From the NCBI GenBank assembly GCA_963709405.1, contig CAVPXM010000053.1, positions 64,001-128,000 of the forward strand: 64,000 nucleotides of DNA. The letters are read 5' to 3'. The number at the start of each line of letters is the position of its first letter. Within the stretch, counting starts at the first letter, position 1. The notes under the pieces were generated by a model. It searched no databases, had not been told where the DNA came from, and saw nothing but the letters and a program-made list of their open reading frames with translations. This document shows positions 45,884 through 57,502 of the stretch, in pieces. Origin of the DNA: an uncultured Nitrososphaerales archaeon (lineage in GTDB: Archaea; Thermoproteota; Nitrososphaeria; Nitrososphaerales; Nitrososphaeraceae). Made by a program: the position numbers and the translations under genes.

Positions 45884-47686
45884 TCAAGCCATCTTTTTTA
45901 ACGACTGAATTCTTTCTGAAACCAAATCGAACCCCTGTTGCCAGAATCCACCTGAAGTGATATCAATATCGGCTTCCTTTAACAAATCCTCGGGTTTCCG
46001 TGAACCTCCAGCAGATAGTATCGTAAAATATTTTTGGATAAAGTCTTTACCTTCTTTCATATACTGGCTGTAGAGAGACAACGCTAATAGATTACCAAAT
46101 GAATAGGCGTAGCAATAAAATGGAGTATGATAAAAATGTGGTATGAACAACCACTCCCATCTGAAATCTGCAGAAATATTTACTGAATGGCCGAACTGTT
46201 GCGCTAAATTGTTTAGATAGATTTCAGAAATACCGTCAGCAGGCATATTATCCTCTGCGATAGCTTTGTGTGCATCAATTTCAAAAATGGTGAAATAAGC
46301 CTGTCTCATTATTGTAGCATAGAAATCATCAATCTGCTGAGCAAGGAATGATTTACGTTCTTCCCCCTTCAGTCCAATGGATAGACCATCAATCAAGAGC
46401 ATCTCGGCGAACACTGATGCAGTTTCTGCTAATGGAAGAGGAGCATGAGCCACAAAATAAGGGTTAGATGAGGCGGAGATACTGTGAATAGCATGACCCA
46501 ATTCATGAGACATCGTAGATACATCCCTACGCTTACCATCGAAATTGAGTAACACATATGGAGTTATTTTCGGTGAGATCGTTGAACAAAAAGCTCCGCT
46601 CTGTTTATTTTTCCTAATCCCATAATCGATATGCTTTTCGGAAAAGAGTCTTTCCGCAGACTCCCTGAACTCTGGTGTAAATTCTTCGAATGTCTTTAGT
46701 ACGAGAGATTTAGCTCGACTAAACGTAATTCTTTTTTGATTGGATTCATTTAGCGATATTGGGGCATAAATATGGTATCTATGGAGCTTCCTTACACCGA
46801 GGATCCTAGCTTTTTCTTTGAAATAGATATGAAAGATCGAGGCATTACGTTTACACGCATCTAGTAAAGTCTGTACGGTCGAATCTTCTATATTATTGAA
46901 AGTATTTCGGACTGATATAGCTGATTTGAATCCTCTCATATTCACGTATTCATCGCGCCATTGGATCACTCTGTTAAGATAAATTTCTGACAATGTCCCA
47001 CTATTTTTTTTATACACCTGTAATAGTGACCTATATGCAGCTTCCCTTTCTTCAGGTTTCGAACTTCTTATCATTGAAAGTAATTTTTCTTTATTGAAAA
47101 ATATCTTTTTGGTAATTCTTTTGTTCTTTTTGATAGTAACTATAAATTCTAATCCGTTCGAAAATCTATCATAGATCTTTACTAGTGCATTGGTTCCAGT
47201 AACCTCCAAAGTATTAATAATTTTCTCTTCTGGTTCAGTCAATGTGTACTTTGAGAGCAACCTCTTATGCTTAAGGAATTCTTTGTACACATACGGTACT
47301 GAATCAATTAGTCTGAGGGCATCATCTTCTTTCAATAACTTTTTAAACCAAATGTCAAAAAATAGAAGCCTATTAGAAAGAGTGGATGAAAGAGCATCCA
47401 TTTTTGTCACAAGAGCAGCGGATTCATTTGAAGAAGTATCTGATGCATATAACAAGTGGTAATATCCCCCGGCAGTACTCACCCTTTCAGATATATTTTC
47501 AATTGAAAGTAGTAGATTTCTAAAGTCCGCTGCAGAGATAGTGTCGGCGAGGATTTGCTGTTTAGCTTCGACATCTTTTACACTCCTTTCAACGGATCGC
47601 AAAAATTTTTCGAATCCTTGCTTGTACGAGTTCTCAAGATCTCCGAGGTCCCAAGAAGCAACCTTAGGTTTAACTCTAGCAGGCAT
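45884..47686 (-). CDS. pepF: Oligoendopeptidase F (peptidase M3B)
   Basis: WDLGDL, KQSGAFC, HELGH, AETASVFAE, HFY..PFYCYAY. Confidence 0.93.
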   Translation of the reverse strand: MPARVKPKVASWDLGDLENSYKQGFEKFLRSVERSVKDVEAKQQILADTISAADFRNLLLSIENISERVSTAGGYYHLLYASDTSSNESAALVTKMDALSSTLSNRLLFFDIWFKKLLKEDDALRLIDSVPYVYKEFLKHKRLLSKYTLTEPEEKIINTLEVTGTNALVKIYDRFSNGLEFIVTIKKNKRITKKIFFNKEKLLSMIRSSKPEEREAAYRSLLQVYKKNSGTLSEIYLNRVIQWRDEYVNMRGFKSAISVRNTFNNIEDSTVQTLLDACKRNASIFHIYFKEKARILGVRKLHRYHIYAPISLNESNQKRITFSRAKSLVLKTFEEFTPEFRESAERLFSEKHIDYGIRKNKQSGAFCSTISPKITPYVLLNFDGKRRDVSTMSHELGHAIHSISASSNPYFVAHAPLPLAETASVFAEMLLIDGLSIGLKGEERKSFLAQQIDDFYATIMRQAYFTIFEIDAHKAIAEDNMPADGISEIYLNNLAQQFGHSVNISADFRWEWLFIPHFYHTPFYCYAYSFGNLLALSLYSQYMKEGKDFIQKYFTILSAGGSRKPEDLLKEADIDITSGGFWQQGFDLVSERIQSLKKMA

Positions 47687-47924
47687 ATATTAAAAGACTG
47701 GTATTTTGCAGCTATCTGGTCTCATATATACGATTCAGATATTTAGAGACTTTTGATGTATTGCAAAATTGTAGGTCAGCCACATTCATGATCGTCTAAG
47801 AGAAGCATTTGACCACTAACTATTAATTTAGACTTCAGTGTAGATGATGGAGCATTTTATTTATGGTTCTCATCATTCTACCCAAGAATTTTGCTTTGAT
47901 GATATTAAAAATAAGTGGCGTGCC

Positions 47925-48718
47925 TCATTGGATTCGTTCGGACCGATTGAATAAAGGAGGAAAGGCGCAAGTTCTAGGAGCATAAGCATTTGATAAGCAA
48001 TAGTACCATATTTCTCTGACAACTTTTGTAATTTTGGTATAGTCATCACTATCTTCAGAATTTTTTACAATTGCTTCTTGATCGGCTATTTGCTTCTTTA
48101 TATCTTGAAGTCTTGCCTTTTCTTTGTCACATTCTGATCTAATATTCTTGTATTCTAGTCTAATGGGCTCTATTCTTTTGGACATGTCAATTATCTGATC
48201 ATTTAAATTCTGAAACTGGTCGGCTGACACTCTTAATTTAAACTCCAATGCATTATTCTCGTGTTGTAGATGTTCATACTCACATTGAACTAATGGCAAA
48301 TGATTGTTGGCGATGATAAGAAGGTTAATGACTTGTTGTACACCCATATTCGCAGACTTCGATGCTCTGTATAGATTCTAGAAAGTGACCTATGTTGTCT
48401 CCAAGCTCTTGATGTATGATTAACCGCATTATGTTGTATCAATCTTAGGTATTCCGTATGGTATTGGATTACCTGCATCTGTGCAATGTTTAATGTGATG
48501 GCAACGTCTATTGGTTGTTTACCCTGCCGAAATAGCTCATAAGCTTGCACAGATAAGGATTTATGTTCTTGCCTCTCTTTTTCTCTAATTGCCCTGTTTA
48601 TAATATCTCCAATATCTCGAGGAGATTTTCTTGCTATTTTGGCTACTTCACGAATTGTCTTATTCTGGTTGAAGTACAAATCTAAGACAAGTTCTTCCTT
48701 TTCCTTTCGAGTTAACAC
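47925..48718 (-). pseudogene. Double-HTH + coiled-coil protein (second multicopy-type family), frameshifted
   Basis: LTRKEKEELVLDLYFNQNKTIREVAKIARKSPRDI (HTH), SVQAYELFRQGKQPIDVAITLNI (second HTH); the coiled coil continues in ORF 47925-48347 in another frame. Confidence 0.75.
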
Positions 48719-48796
48719 TCCTTTTGGTTTTTGTGTCTATATCTTTCATATCTAGAGAATTTATAAGAATCTGGTTTAAAATAAAAAAGGCCATTG

Positions 48797-48893
48797 TTAT
48801 CACTTTGTATCTTTTGTTACCATTGGATTATCACCAATTACCACCTTGTTACAGTCTATTTCCAGCAGCGTCATCTGACACCGTCTGTTATCA
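48797..48893. repeat. Phased 10-11-bp degenerate direct repeats, core TTAYCA
   Basis: TTATCA 48797, GTATCT 48807, TTACCA 48817, TTATCA 48828, TTACCA 48838, TTACAG 48849, TTTCCA 48859, TTATCA 48888. Confidence 0.72.
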
Positions 48894-49849
48894 AGTCAAT
48901 TTAGGTGAACTCAAAATATAGATAGGTGAGTAGCCATAAGGATAGATGGAGAATAAGGGAAATTCATTAAGTAGGTTAACAAGATATACTATTCCGGTTA
49001 GTGCTCTCAATAACCAAAGCATTAGAAGAGTAATAATAAAGAGAATTTGTTGTGTGTTTATAGATAAATAACATAAGTAGACACACAGTATGTCTACTAC
49101 TATCTTCACCATCTTTACTTTTGTTCATTCTGACAGGAGGAAATTCATCTGACCCTCTTCGGATTTGTAGCAATACCCTATCTAGCACTATAATTCATAT
49201 TTGTTGTTTGCCACAGATCGCGCATTAGCTACCGCAATTGTTACATCCGTTTCGATTTCAATTATGCGAGCTGGATTTCCACAAGCTGTATGTCCTGAAG
49301 GATATTTCACATTGGTTATCTTAGATTGCTTGTCCAGTGGATGAATTTGGCCAAATAGATCATCAAGATAATAATATGGTCTGACATACAAACACATTAT
49401 CATTAGATAGAGAGTGCTATTTCATGAAAATGGAATTTTGCTCACTTACTGGTACCACTATGAGGCTGATGTTAATGGCCTTGCAGTAAAAGATGAAAAA
49501 AAATGCCCAGATTTGCCGTCATTCATAGTTGGGTCTAGATAAATTAACTTCAACCTTCACTGACAATTATATTTTGAGTAGTAAGTGCATTTTCTTTCTG
49601 ATAATCGTGCTTTCAGATGATCTAGATAATAAGGCCTCTGCCTTCAGTGGCTAACTCAGCTTTTGATCAAAAAGAACGTCATGAACATGACCATGTTCAC
49701 GATTCTGATCGGTGCAGTAATCATCTGCTCTCCCATCTATCAAGGATGTAGGTGATAATTTTCGCTATTCTTATGGTTATTTTTTTGAATGTCCCGGCAA
49801 ATACGGTATAGATTTCAAGGATCTGGATATATAGTGTAGATATTCTTAT

Positions 49850-51283
49850 TTACATGACATCAACATCATGAGGTTGACTTTCCAGAAAACCAGCAGAAGA
49901 TATCTTTACAAAATTGGCGTTATTCTGCATATCCAAAATCGTTCTAGCACCGCAATAACTTAACCCCGATCTTAAACCACCCACCAGTTGTCTAATTATA
50001 TCGACTACACTGCCCTTGTAAGGGACCATAGCCTCGACCCCTTCCGGAACATAATCGTTAAGATCGTCTGAATCAATTATTTCATGGCCTTCTTCCCTAA
50101 ATTTTCTTCCAAGCGAAGCATAGAAGGAAGCCATACCTCTATACATCTTGAATTTTTTACCGTTCTTGACCAAGGTCTTACCCGGGCTCTCGTCGGTACC
50201 ACCGAATAAGCTTCCAACCATAACCGATGATGAACCTGCAGCAATAGCTTTTGTTGCATCACCAGAGGTCCTGATTCCTCCATCCGAGATTAACGGAACA
50301 TCATGATCCTTTGCAATTTTTACACTATCCATAACTGCGGTTAACTGAGGAACACCAGATCCGGTTACAACTCTCGTGATACATATTGAACCCGATCCAA
50401 CTCCGATTTTTACGGCATCTACACCAACAGATATTAAATCTTTTGTGCCCTCTCCCGTAGCGACATTTCCAGCAATTAATTCGCAGTTTGGAAATGCCTT
50501 TTTTATAGTTCGAACAGTGTTAATTGCATTGTCACTATGACCATGTGCAATATCTACTACAATCGAGTCCGCGCCGCTTTCTAAGAGTGCTTCTGTACGT
50601 TCCAGATAATCACCCTTTACACCAACAGCGGCTCCAACTAGCAATCTTCCTTTTTTGTCCTTTGAAGCAAGAGGATATTCCTCCATTTTCAATATATCTT
50701 TGCTTGTAATTAATCCAATAATGTGCCTGTTGTCATTAATTACTGGCAGCTTCTCAATCCTATGCTGATGAAGCATCTCTTTTGCTCTTTCGATGGTAAT
50801 TCCCTCCTGGGCTGTTATGACATCCTTGCTCATAAGCTCTGACACTTTTGTGTCTAAACTGTCTAGGAACGTAATATCGCGTCTTGTTATGATCCCAGTC
50901 AACTTGTCGCGATCTTCGACCAACAACCCGGAAACCCCGAAATGAGTCATAGCCATTCTTGCTTCTTTTGCAGTCATATCTGGTTTTATGGTATAAGGTT
51001 GTTCGATAATGACTGACTCTGAACGCTTTACCCTAAGCACCTCATCAACTTGATCTTGGATGCTCATAAATCTATGAACAATTCCTATACCTCCCTCTCT
51101 TGCTAAAGCAATAGCCATACCTGATTCGGTGACAGTATCCATATTCGCGCTTACAAAAGGTATGTTTAGTGTTATATTCCGTGAAAGTTTAGTCTTCAGA
51201 TTAGTTTCAGATCTTGAGATTATATGCGATCGTTTAGGAATTAAAAGTACGTCGTCAAACGTTAAACCCTCTTTAAGAGTCAA
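49850..51283 (-). CDS. guaB: IMP dehydrogenase
   Basis: LTFDDVLLIP, SANMDTVTE, CBS pair, GVGSGSICITR, YRGM, EGVE. Confidence 0.97.
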   Translation of the reverse strand: MTLKEGLTFDDVLLIPKRSHIISRSETNLKTKLSRNITLNIPFVSANMDTVTESGMAIALAREGGIGIVHRFMSIQDQVDEVLRVKRSESVIIEQPYTIKPDMTAKEARMAMTHFGVSGLLVEDRDKLTGIITRRDITFLDSLDTKVSELMSKDVITAQEGITIERAKEMLHQHRIEKLPVINDNRHIIGLITSKDILKMEEYPLASKDKKGRLLVGAAVGVKGDYLERTEALLESGADSIVVDIAHGHSDNAINTVRTIKKAFPNCELIAGNVATGEGTKDLISVGVDAVKIGVGSGSICITRVVTGSGVPQLTAVMDSVKIAKDHDVPLISDGGIRTSGDATKAIAAGSSSVMVGSLFGGTDESPGKTLVKNGKKFKMYRGMASFYASLGRKFREEGHEIIDSDDLNDYVPEGVEAMVPYKGSVVDIIRQLVGGLRSGLSYCGARTILDMQNNANFVKISSAGFLESQPHDVDVM

Positions 51284-51570
51284 AATCCCCTTGCTAACTA
51301 GTCACTTTGTGGCGTTATAAGCGTTTTCCCCTTAAATGATCTAATCTTTAGAAGATTGCACGCTCTAGGATCAATATCAATAGACCTACGACTGATATTG
51401 TTCCTCATCCACTATATTATCATAAGGTTAACATCTTTTGATAGTTCTATATCCTTTTTCCTAGGAATTTTTTTCAGATACTACTCATTTTGAATTTTAC
51501 CGAAATCACCAACAAATTAAAATAATATCTTCAATCACACATAAAACTAGATAGGATTAGTCGGCTCTGA

Positions 51571-52245
51571 ATGAAAGTAGGAAAAAATAGTATTGCAATA
51601 TTTGACACCTTTAAGACAAAAAGAAACAAGTTTACAGGAGAAGCCAGAAGACAACGTGGGATAATTGCTCATCTTGCCATGGAACAAAGCCCAGAGTTGC
51701 GTACAAGAACTTCAATAGCACATTTTATAGCGAAGAAACATGGAATATTGTGGCAAAATATTTATTCTGGAATATTTAGAGATTTGGACGAGGTACTTAT
51801 ACCCTCAGGAGTAGTAAAAGAAGGAGGAAGACTACCTTTGCGACGTGGTCCAAGAGCACTTCAGCTGGAGGGAGTGCCGTTTTACGAGCTCACCGAATCT
51901 GGATTGATTGTTGCATCATCAATTGAGGAGATAGATGACAGAATGAGGCTACTGAAAAGCTATATTTCATCTAGGCATTCCAATAATAAAGACGAGAGCA
52001 TGATGTTCGAAGGTTTACTCCTACTAATAGATATCGCTCCCTTATTTATATCAAAAATCATTAATGAATATATTTATGCCTATACAACAGGCTTGATTCA
52101 AAACATAACACCAATTGATATGAAAAAATTTCAAAATGTTGTATCTAATAAAATTTCTGTAGAAAGAGAATTGCTTGAGGCAATCGTTAATTCTCGCCCA
52201 GAACAGAGGGATGTTATCATGAATTTCTTTAAAGTCATCAAGTGA
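51571..52245 (+). CDS. Hypothetical protein with wHTH-like N-terminus
   Basis: 224-aa clean ORF; TRTSIAH.IA...NIYSGIFRDL...YELTESG. Confidence 0.8.
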   Translation: MKVGKNSIAIFDTFKTKRNKFTGEARRQRGIIAHLAMEQSPELRTRTSIAHFIAKKHGILWQNIYSGIFRDLDEVLIPSGVVKEGGRLPLRRGPRALQLEGVPFYELTESGLIVASSIEEIDDRMRLLKSYISSRHSNNKDESMMFEGLLLLIDIAPLFISKIINEYIYAYTTGLIQNITPIDMKKFQNVVSNKISVERELLEAIVNSRPEQRDVIMNFFKVIK

Positions 52246-52682
52246 GATATCGCCTCGATTCATATTTAAAAGTAGGACATCGATATCTCTTGAAGACCAT
52301 TCTTAATTCTCCCAACGCCTTATCTTCTTTCCGTTGCATGAATGACTTGTGAACCGCTAAGACAATTCCATGGGAGACATCTTCTGCTTTCGAGAGTTAC
52401 ACCTAAGTCGTCCATACGAACTAGCATTACATCTAGTAGCTGAGAGATAGCTATTACACTTATCTTTCATTTTATTTGTCTAAAATGCAATCGGGCCTAC
52501 AGGATATTGATATCATAAGAATTGATCGATTCGGTAAAAATTACTAGGCTCGACAAAATTTGTACTTTAGGAATATCAGTTGGACCTATAACCCATTTCG
52601 ATAATCTTTATTTGAATACACGATTCATTGCTCGATCTGAATTGACATATATGGAAAATAATGTGATTGCGACGACATTGGT

Positions 52683-52916
52683 CTATCGAGATCTTATCGC
52701 ATAATTTACTTCAAACATTGTAATTATATCCTTCAAGGCTTCATTGGAGGAAAAACTACAAATTGTGACCCAATTTCTCCGTATTTTTGCGCTTATTTGA
52801 CAGACTCCGCCAGAGGTATCAGGAATTATTTCTACCGTGACATCGTATGTATGTCTTAATTCAGCCTCTAGTTTATTTACAATCAGTCGTGTACCTGATA
52901 TTAGTATTTTATGCAT
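52683..52916 (-). CDS. Small hypothetical protein
   Basis: 77-aa ORF with globular composition and ATG start. Confidence 0.6.
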   Translation of the reverse strand: MHKILISGTRLIVNKLEAELRHTYDVTVEIIPDTSGGVCQISAKIRRNWVTICSFSSNEALKDIITMFEVNYAIRSR

Positions 52917-53420
52917 ATGCGCCTTACACTGGAGCTCTATCTAAAAAGGGATAAAAACTATGTCTAGACATCTTAAACGCATAGCCATTGTTTGTATCCG
53001 AACAGCTTCAATAGACAGAGTCTTAAATAAATCTCGCGTTTCAGTTCTTCCCTGTATTCATTGTTTCATTTGAATAGCATTCCATTAGACTAGCCGACTC
53101 GTTTTTATCGAGCCCACAATATCTGCAGATAAAAAATTGAGTGTGAACAAACGAGTTTAAATCCCACGCACCAAAGAGCATACCCGGGGTTCATGGGTAC
53201 ACTTCATTAAGGAGTATATTATTATCTAAGATGTTACATCAGAGAGAGTAATCACTAATTAGTAAAAAGCATCTCCAGTAGTTGTTGTTATGTTATTGTT
53301 TACGATTTTTACAATCCTATGGAACACAAACGTCATACAAGAATTTTTTTTACCATTAGGCGCTCGAGATTGTTTTGGAACATATATTAGATACAATGAT
53401 TTGTCATTACTAATCCTTCA

Positions 53421-56400
53421 TTGGTGCATATCAAGAAATTAGAGATATATGGTTTTAAGTCGTTTGGTTTAAAGAATACATCATTAAACTTTGGCAAAGG
53501 ACTCGTTGCAGTCACAGGTCCTAATGGATCCGGGAAGAGTAATATCATGGACGCGATATTATTCGCAATGGGCGAAAACAGTCCGAAAGCAATGCGTGTC
53601 GACAGATTCCAATCATTATTTCACGATAACCAGAGTACTTCTTCAGGATTAATCCGTGTCAGTCTAAGTTTTGATAATACAGACCGTGGAATTCCTGTAG
53701 ATTTCGATTCCGTAACCCTGACCAGAGAAATGGAAGGACGCACTGGTGATAGCCAGTACTATCTCAACGGTAAAAAAGTAACTAAATTCACGATCACCGA
53801 ACTACTTGAAATTGTGATGGGAGCCTCAAATAAGCTTAACATCGTTCAGCAGGGAATGATAACCCGTATTTCCGAGTTAAACCTGGACGAACGCAGAAAA
53901 ATTATAGAAGATATAGTTGGACTTTCATATTTCGATGAAAAAAAGACTGAGGCTGTTAAACATCTCGAGGAAGCTGATCGTCGTTTAGAGGTGGCGTTTG
54001 CAAAGATCGGCGAAATCAGGAAGCGAATCGACGAGCTGGAAGCAGAAAGAAATGATCAGCTAAGATATGGTCAACTTGAAAAAGAAATAACAAAATTTAA
54101 AGCAGTCAAACTTTCTAATACTTTAAGATCAATTCGCGATAGAACAGAAGCACGCAAAAAAGTGTTGGATTCTACCAAGGTACATATTTCAGAATTATCG
54201 TTGAAGTTAGAAGAGGTCCAGTCAAAAATAGAGAAGATAAACACTGAAAAAATACGGTTTATTCAAGATGTAGATGCCGCAAATAAAGTAAAGGCAAAAA
54301 TTGGAAGCAGACTGGCAAGTATCGTATACGAAGCTGAGCGAAAGAAGGCATTACTAAAGGAGACTGAACAGAGAATCAATTATCTAGATAAACGGATACC
54401 ATTACTCAAAACAGAGAAACATAGTTATGATGAAAAAATTGTAAAAGGAAAGTCGGATTTGCACCAAATTAATCTTGTAATGAATGATAAGAGAGAATCA
54501 CTTTCTAAACTAAGATCCGAACTAGAGAAGGTTAACTCTAAAATTGATGAGATCACTTCCATGGCGAACGCAGTTAGGGATTCTACCTCTAAATTAGAAT
54601 CAAAATATAAAAAATTACAAAATATTAAAAATAATATAGAAGTATCAAGAACAAGGATAGAAGAAAAAACAAGGCTAAACCAAGAAAGAGGCAAGGAATA
54701 TATCGAAAAAATTAGCCTCTTGGCTGAGAGGATTCAAAAGGATAAGACTTCTCTGAATATATGCGTAGAGGTAAGAGACTCAGAAATGGCAAATCTAGAT
54801 TCTATGTTCACATTGCAAAAGGACCTAGAAAAGTTAGAAATTTCTTATGAAGATGGGCTATCAAAATCTGGGGAAGTTCTTTCCAGAGCAAAAAATACAA
54901 CTTCAAGATATGAGGCAAAGACAACTATTGCAAAAGATGTTATGAACGAAGATTTTGCTGTCGCAGAATTGATGCCTAAATATGATCAATTTGGAATAAA
55001 GGGATTAGTACACGAAGTATTGAATTGGGATAGAGCTTATGAAAGAGCAGTATTGGCTGCTGGTTCAGATTGGATGAAGGCCTTTGTAGTAGATAGTGTA
55101 AGATCTATGATTTCTATAGTCCAATACGCCAAGTCAAGACAACTACCTCGCCTTAGAATTATTCCTCTAAGTGTACTCAACCATACCCAGAAGAATATAA
55201 TAAGCAAGAAAGATCGGCGGGACATTACAGGGATCATTGGAAATCTTTCGGATTTCATAAAGTCGGATTATTCGAAACTCGTACGGTTTATTTTTGGTAG
55301 CACTTTCCTTGTCAGAACTCCTTCCCTTGCTTATTTGCTAGCGAAACGAGGATATAGAGTTGTCTCTATCTCTGGTGAGCTTTTCGAGTCGGATGTAACT
55401 TCCATGTCCGTGGACTTCGGGTCCAAAATATCTGATCTAACTGAAGCAATCTTGCTCGGCGATTCCATAGGTATAATGAGGCGGCAACTCACCTCCCTAG
55501 ACGATTTGATAAGAAAGAAAACAATAGACCATGATAGTATAGCATCGAAGCTACGGGAACTGGAACCATCAGTGATAAGAGGTGAAGCAAAGATAGGAAA
55601 CGTCAATAATGAACTAGCTTACCTACAAAATTCCGTAGCTGACACAGAAGCATCACTTAGCCAACTTAATGCAAACTATGGAATAATTCTGTCTGAAAAT
55701 AATCAATTAACTTACGAACTTGAGAAATACCAGACCAGATTGGCTATATTGACATCAACCATGGATAGAATAACACAGCAATTAAAAATTAACGAAGATA
55801 GTGTTTATAAAAATGAGCTCGTGGAAGTAGGCAGTAGGAAGACTCAGATTATAAAACTAATCGAAAATTTTGATTTTGAGTTGCGTGAACTAATTACAAG
55901 TTCCACATCTTCAAAAATTGATCTTGATAATTACGTGGAGCGAGCTAATTCAGGTGATGAGGAGATGCGTCAATTAGAAAGCGAAGTTCATGAAAAAAAT
56001 GGGCAACTCCTTGGACTTCGGAAAATCGTACAATCCGTCGAGAGCGAAATCCAAACATGCAGGGATCAAGAACAGCAAACGATAGACGCATCTGGAGCAT
56101 CGTATACCATCCTCCAAGAATATGAGGCACAGATAAGACTTTTAATGGAAGATGAGAAAAAACTCTCAAAAGAAATCAATGCTCTAGAAAGAGATTTTGT
56201 CGTTAATCAAAAGGACGTTTCAAATCTTAATAATGAAGAATTGGAACACTATAATGAACTTAATGATTTAGGATATAAGAATCTACTAGATTCATTTGAT
56301 GTAGACGTTGCGATTAAAGAGCTAAATATTGAGTATGAGAAAATACGAAACACAATAAATTTGCGTGCCGTCGAAAGTTATGGACAGGTAGTAGATGGCT

Positions 56401-56975
56401 ACAGGGGGATGTCAACTAGAAGAAATGAATTGGAAACTGAACGTAATTCCATTATTAGTTTCATAGAAGAAACGGTCAAAGAAAAAAAGGAAGTTTTCAT
56501 GGATGCGTTTACGAAGGTTGATGATAATATAAGAAAAACGTTTTCAGAAATAACTGGTGGCTCAGCCAGGCTTGAATTGGAAGATGCAGATGATATATCC
56601 AGTGGCATCCTGTTGATGGTTCAGTTTCCTGGTAAAAACGCACGTGAATCTACGTCCTTATCTGGTGGAGAAAAGACTATGGCCGCGACTATATTCCTGC
56701 TAGCCCTCCAGTCGCTTAGACCGTCTCCATTCTACATAATGGACGAGGTAGATGCGCACCTCGATGCGGAAAATACCGATAGACTATCCAAAGTATTAGT
56801 ACAGAGATCAAAGGATAGCCAAATAATTATGGTCACATTGAAGGATTCGATCGTTGCTGAAGCGAGCCTGGTTTATGGGGTCTATCCCAAGGGTGGTGTA
56901 TCACAAGTCATAAAGTACAATCAACAAAATAAACTACCCATAACAGAAATAAGATCCAACATAACTAAGGCCTAA
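53421..56975 (+). CDS. smc: Chromosome segregation protein SMC
   Basis: GFKSF, GPNGSGKSN, coiled coils, hinge, LSGGEK, DEVDAHLD. Confidence 0.96.
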   Translation: MVHIKKLEIYGFKSFGLKNTSLNFGKGLVAVTGPNGSGKSNIMDAILFAMGENSPKAMRVDRFQSLFHDNQSTSSGLIRVSLSFDNTDRGIPVDFDSVTLTREMEGRTGDSQYYLNGKKVTKFTITELLEIVMGASNKLNIVQQGMITRISELNLDERRKIIEDIVGLSYFDEKKTEAVKHLEEADRRLEVAFAKIGEIRKRIDELEAERNDQLRYGQLEKEITKFKAVKLSNTLRSIRDRTEARKKVLDSTKVHISELSLKLEEVQSKIEKINTEKIRFIQDVDAANKVKAKIGSRLASIVYEAERKKALLKETEQRINYLDKRIPLLKTEKHSYDEKIVKGKSDLHQINLVMNDKRESLSKLRSELEKVNSKIDEITSMANAVRDSTSKLESKYKKLQNIKNNIEVSRTRIEEKTRLNQERGKEYIEKISLLAERIQKDKTSLNICVEVRDSEMANLDSMFTLQKDLEKLEISYEDGLSKSGEVLSRAKNTTSRYEAKTTIAKDVMNEDFAVAELMPKYDQFGIKGLVHEVLNWDRAYERAVLAAGSDWMKAFVVDSVRSMISIVQYAKSRQLPRLRIIPLSVLNHTQKNIISKKDRRDITGIIGNLSDFIKSDYSKLVRFIFGSTFLVRTPSLAYLLAKRGYRVVSISGELFESDVTSMSVDFGSKISDLTEAILLGDSIGIMRRQLTSLDDLIRKKTIDHDSIASKLRELEPSVIRGEAKIGNVNNELAYLQNSVADTEASLSQLNANYGIILSENNQLTYELEKYQTRLAILTSTMDRITQQLKINEDSVYKNELVEVGSRKTQIIKLIENFDFELRELITSSTSSKIDLDNYVERANSGDEEMRQLESEVHEKNGQLLGLRKIVQSVESEIQTCRDQEQQTIDASGASYTILQEYEAQIRLLMEDEKKLSKEINALERDFVVNQKDVSNLNNEELEHYNELNDLGYKNLLDSFDVDVAIKELNIEYEKIRNTINLRAVESYGQVVDGYRGMSTRRNELETERNSIISFIEETVKEKKEVFMDAFTKVDDNIRKTFSEITGGSARLELEDADDISSGILLMVQFPGKNARESTSLSGGEKTMAATIFLLALQSLRPSPFYIMDEVDAHLDAENTDRLSKVLVQRSKDSQIIMVTLKDSIVAEASLVYGVYPKGGVSQVIKYNQQNKLPITEIRSNITKA

Positions 56976-57469
56976 ATTTGCTTTCTAATATCTTGTTAAT
57001 TCACTTCATTATTTGTGATAAAATTCAACATAGTCATTGAATAGAGTTGGATGGATAAGATCTATTAGTACGATTGGTACGATTTGGCTTTTCCAGATAT
57101 GTGAAATTTGAGCAGATAAATGCCGTCCCTAACAACACGATCCTTAGTCTTACTGAATCATGATTTTCATTTGCCTTTGTTCAATGGTCCTACTAAAAAC
57201 ACATAATGCTCCTCGAGATGAATTTCTATCATAACCAGTAAAGGAATAATCAGCACAACTTAAGTTGGTCATGGTAGATTGCAAGATAAGATTATAACTT
57301 TAATCCAATTCAGTTAGACAATTATCATCCCACTAGCGACAAGATAATTCTAAAGCTTCTGGCGGCTCATTTTGTTAGGAAGATAGTTAATCTATTCTAA
57401 GGTTTGGAGAAAGCTGTTCAACATCGTAAAGGGAAATCCGATTCAGGAGTATTCGAGCTTTTGTCATCA

Positions 57470-57477
57470 TATAAATA
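57470..57477 (+). promoter_or_regulatory. TATA box of tRNA-Leu
   Basis: TATAAATA about 26 bp upstream of the mature 5' end. Confidence 0.55.
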
Positions 57478-57502
57478 ATGTAAGTAATAGTATGAGCTTA
57501 GA

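Noticed and set aside
48891-49403. Three short minus-strand ORFs upstream of the second array
   Set aside because: No recognisable family and inconsistent frames
53421-56975. SMC as a Wadjet/defence or Rad50-type protein
   Set aside because: Canonical condensin SMC with hinge and LSGGE signature; the absence of an adjacent scpA is not informative within one window
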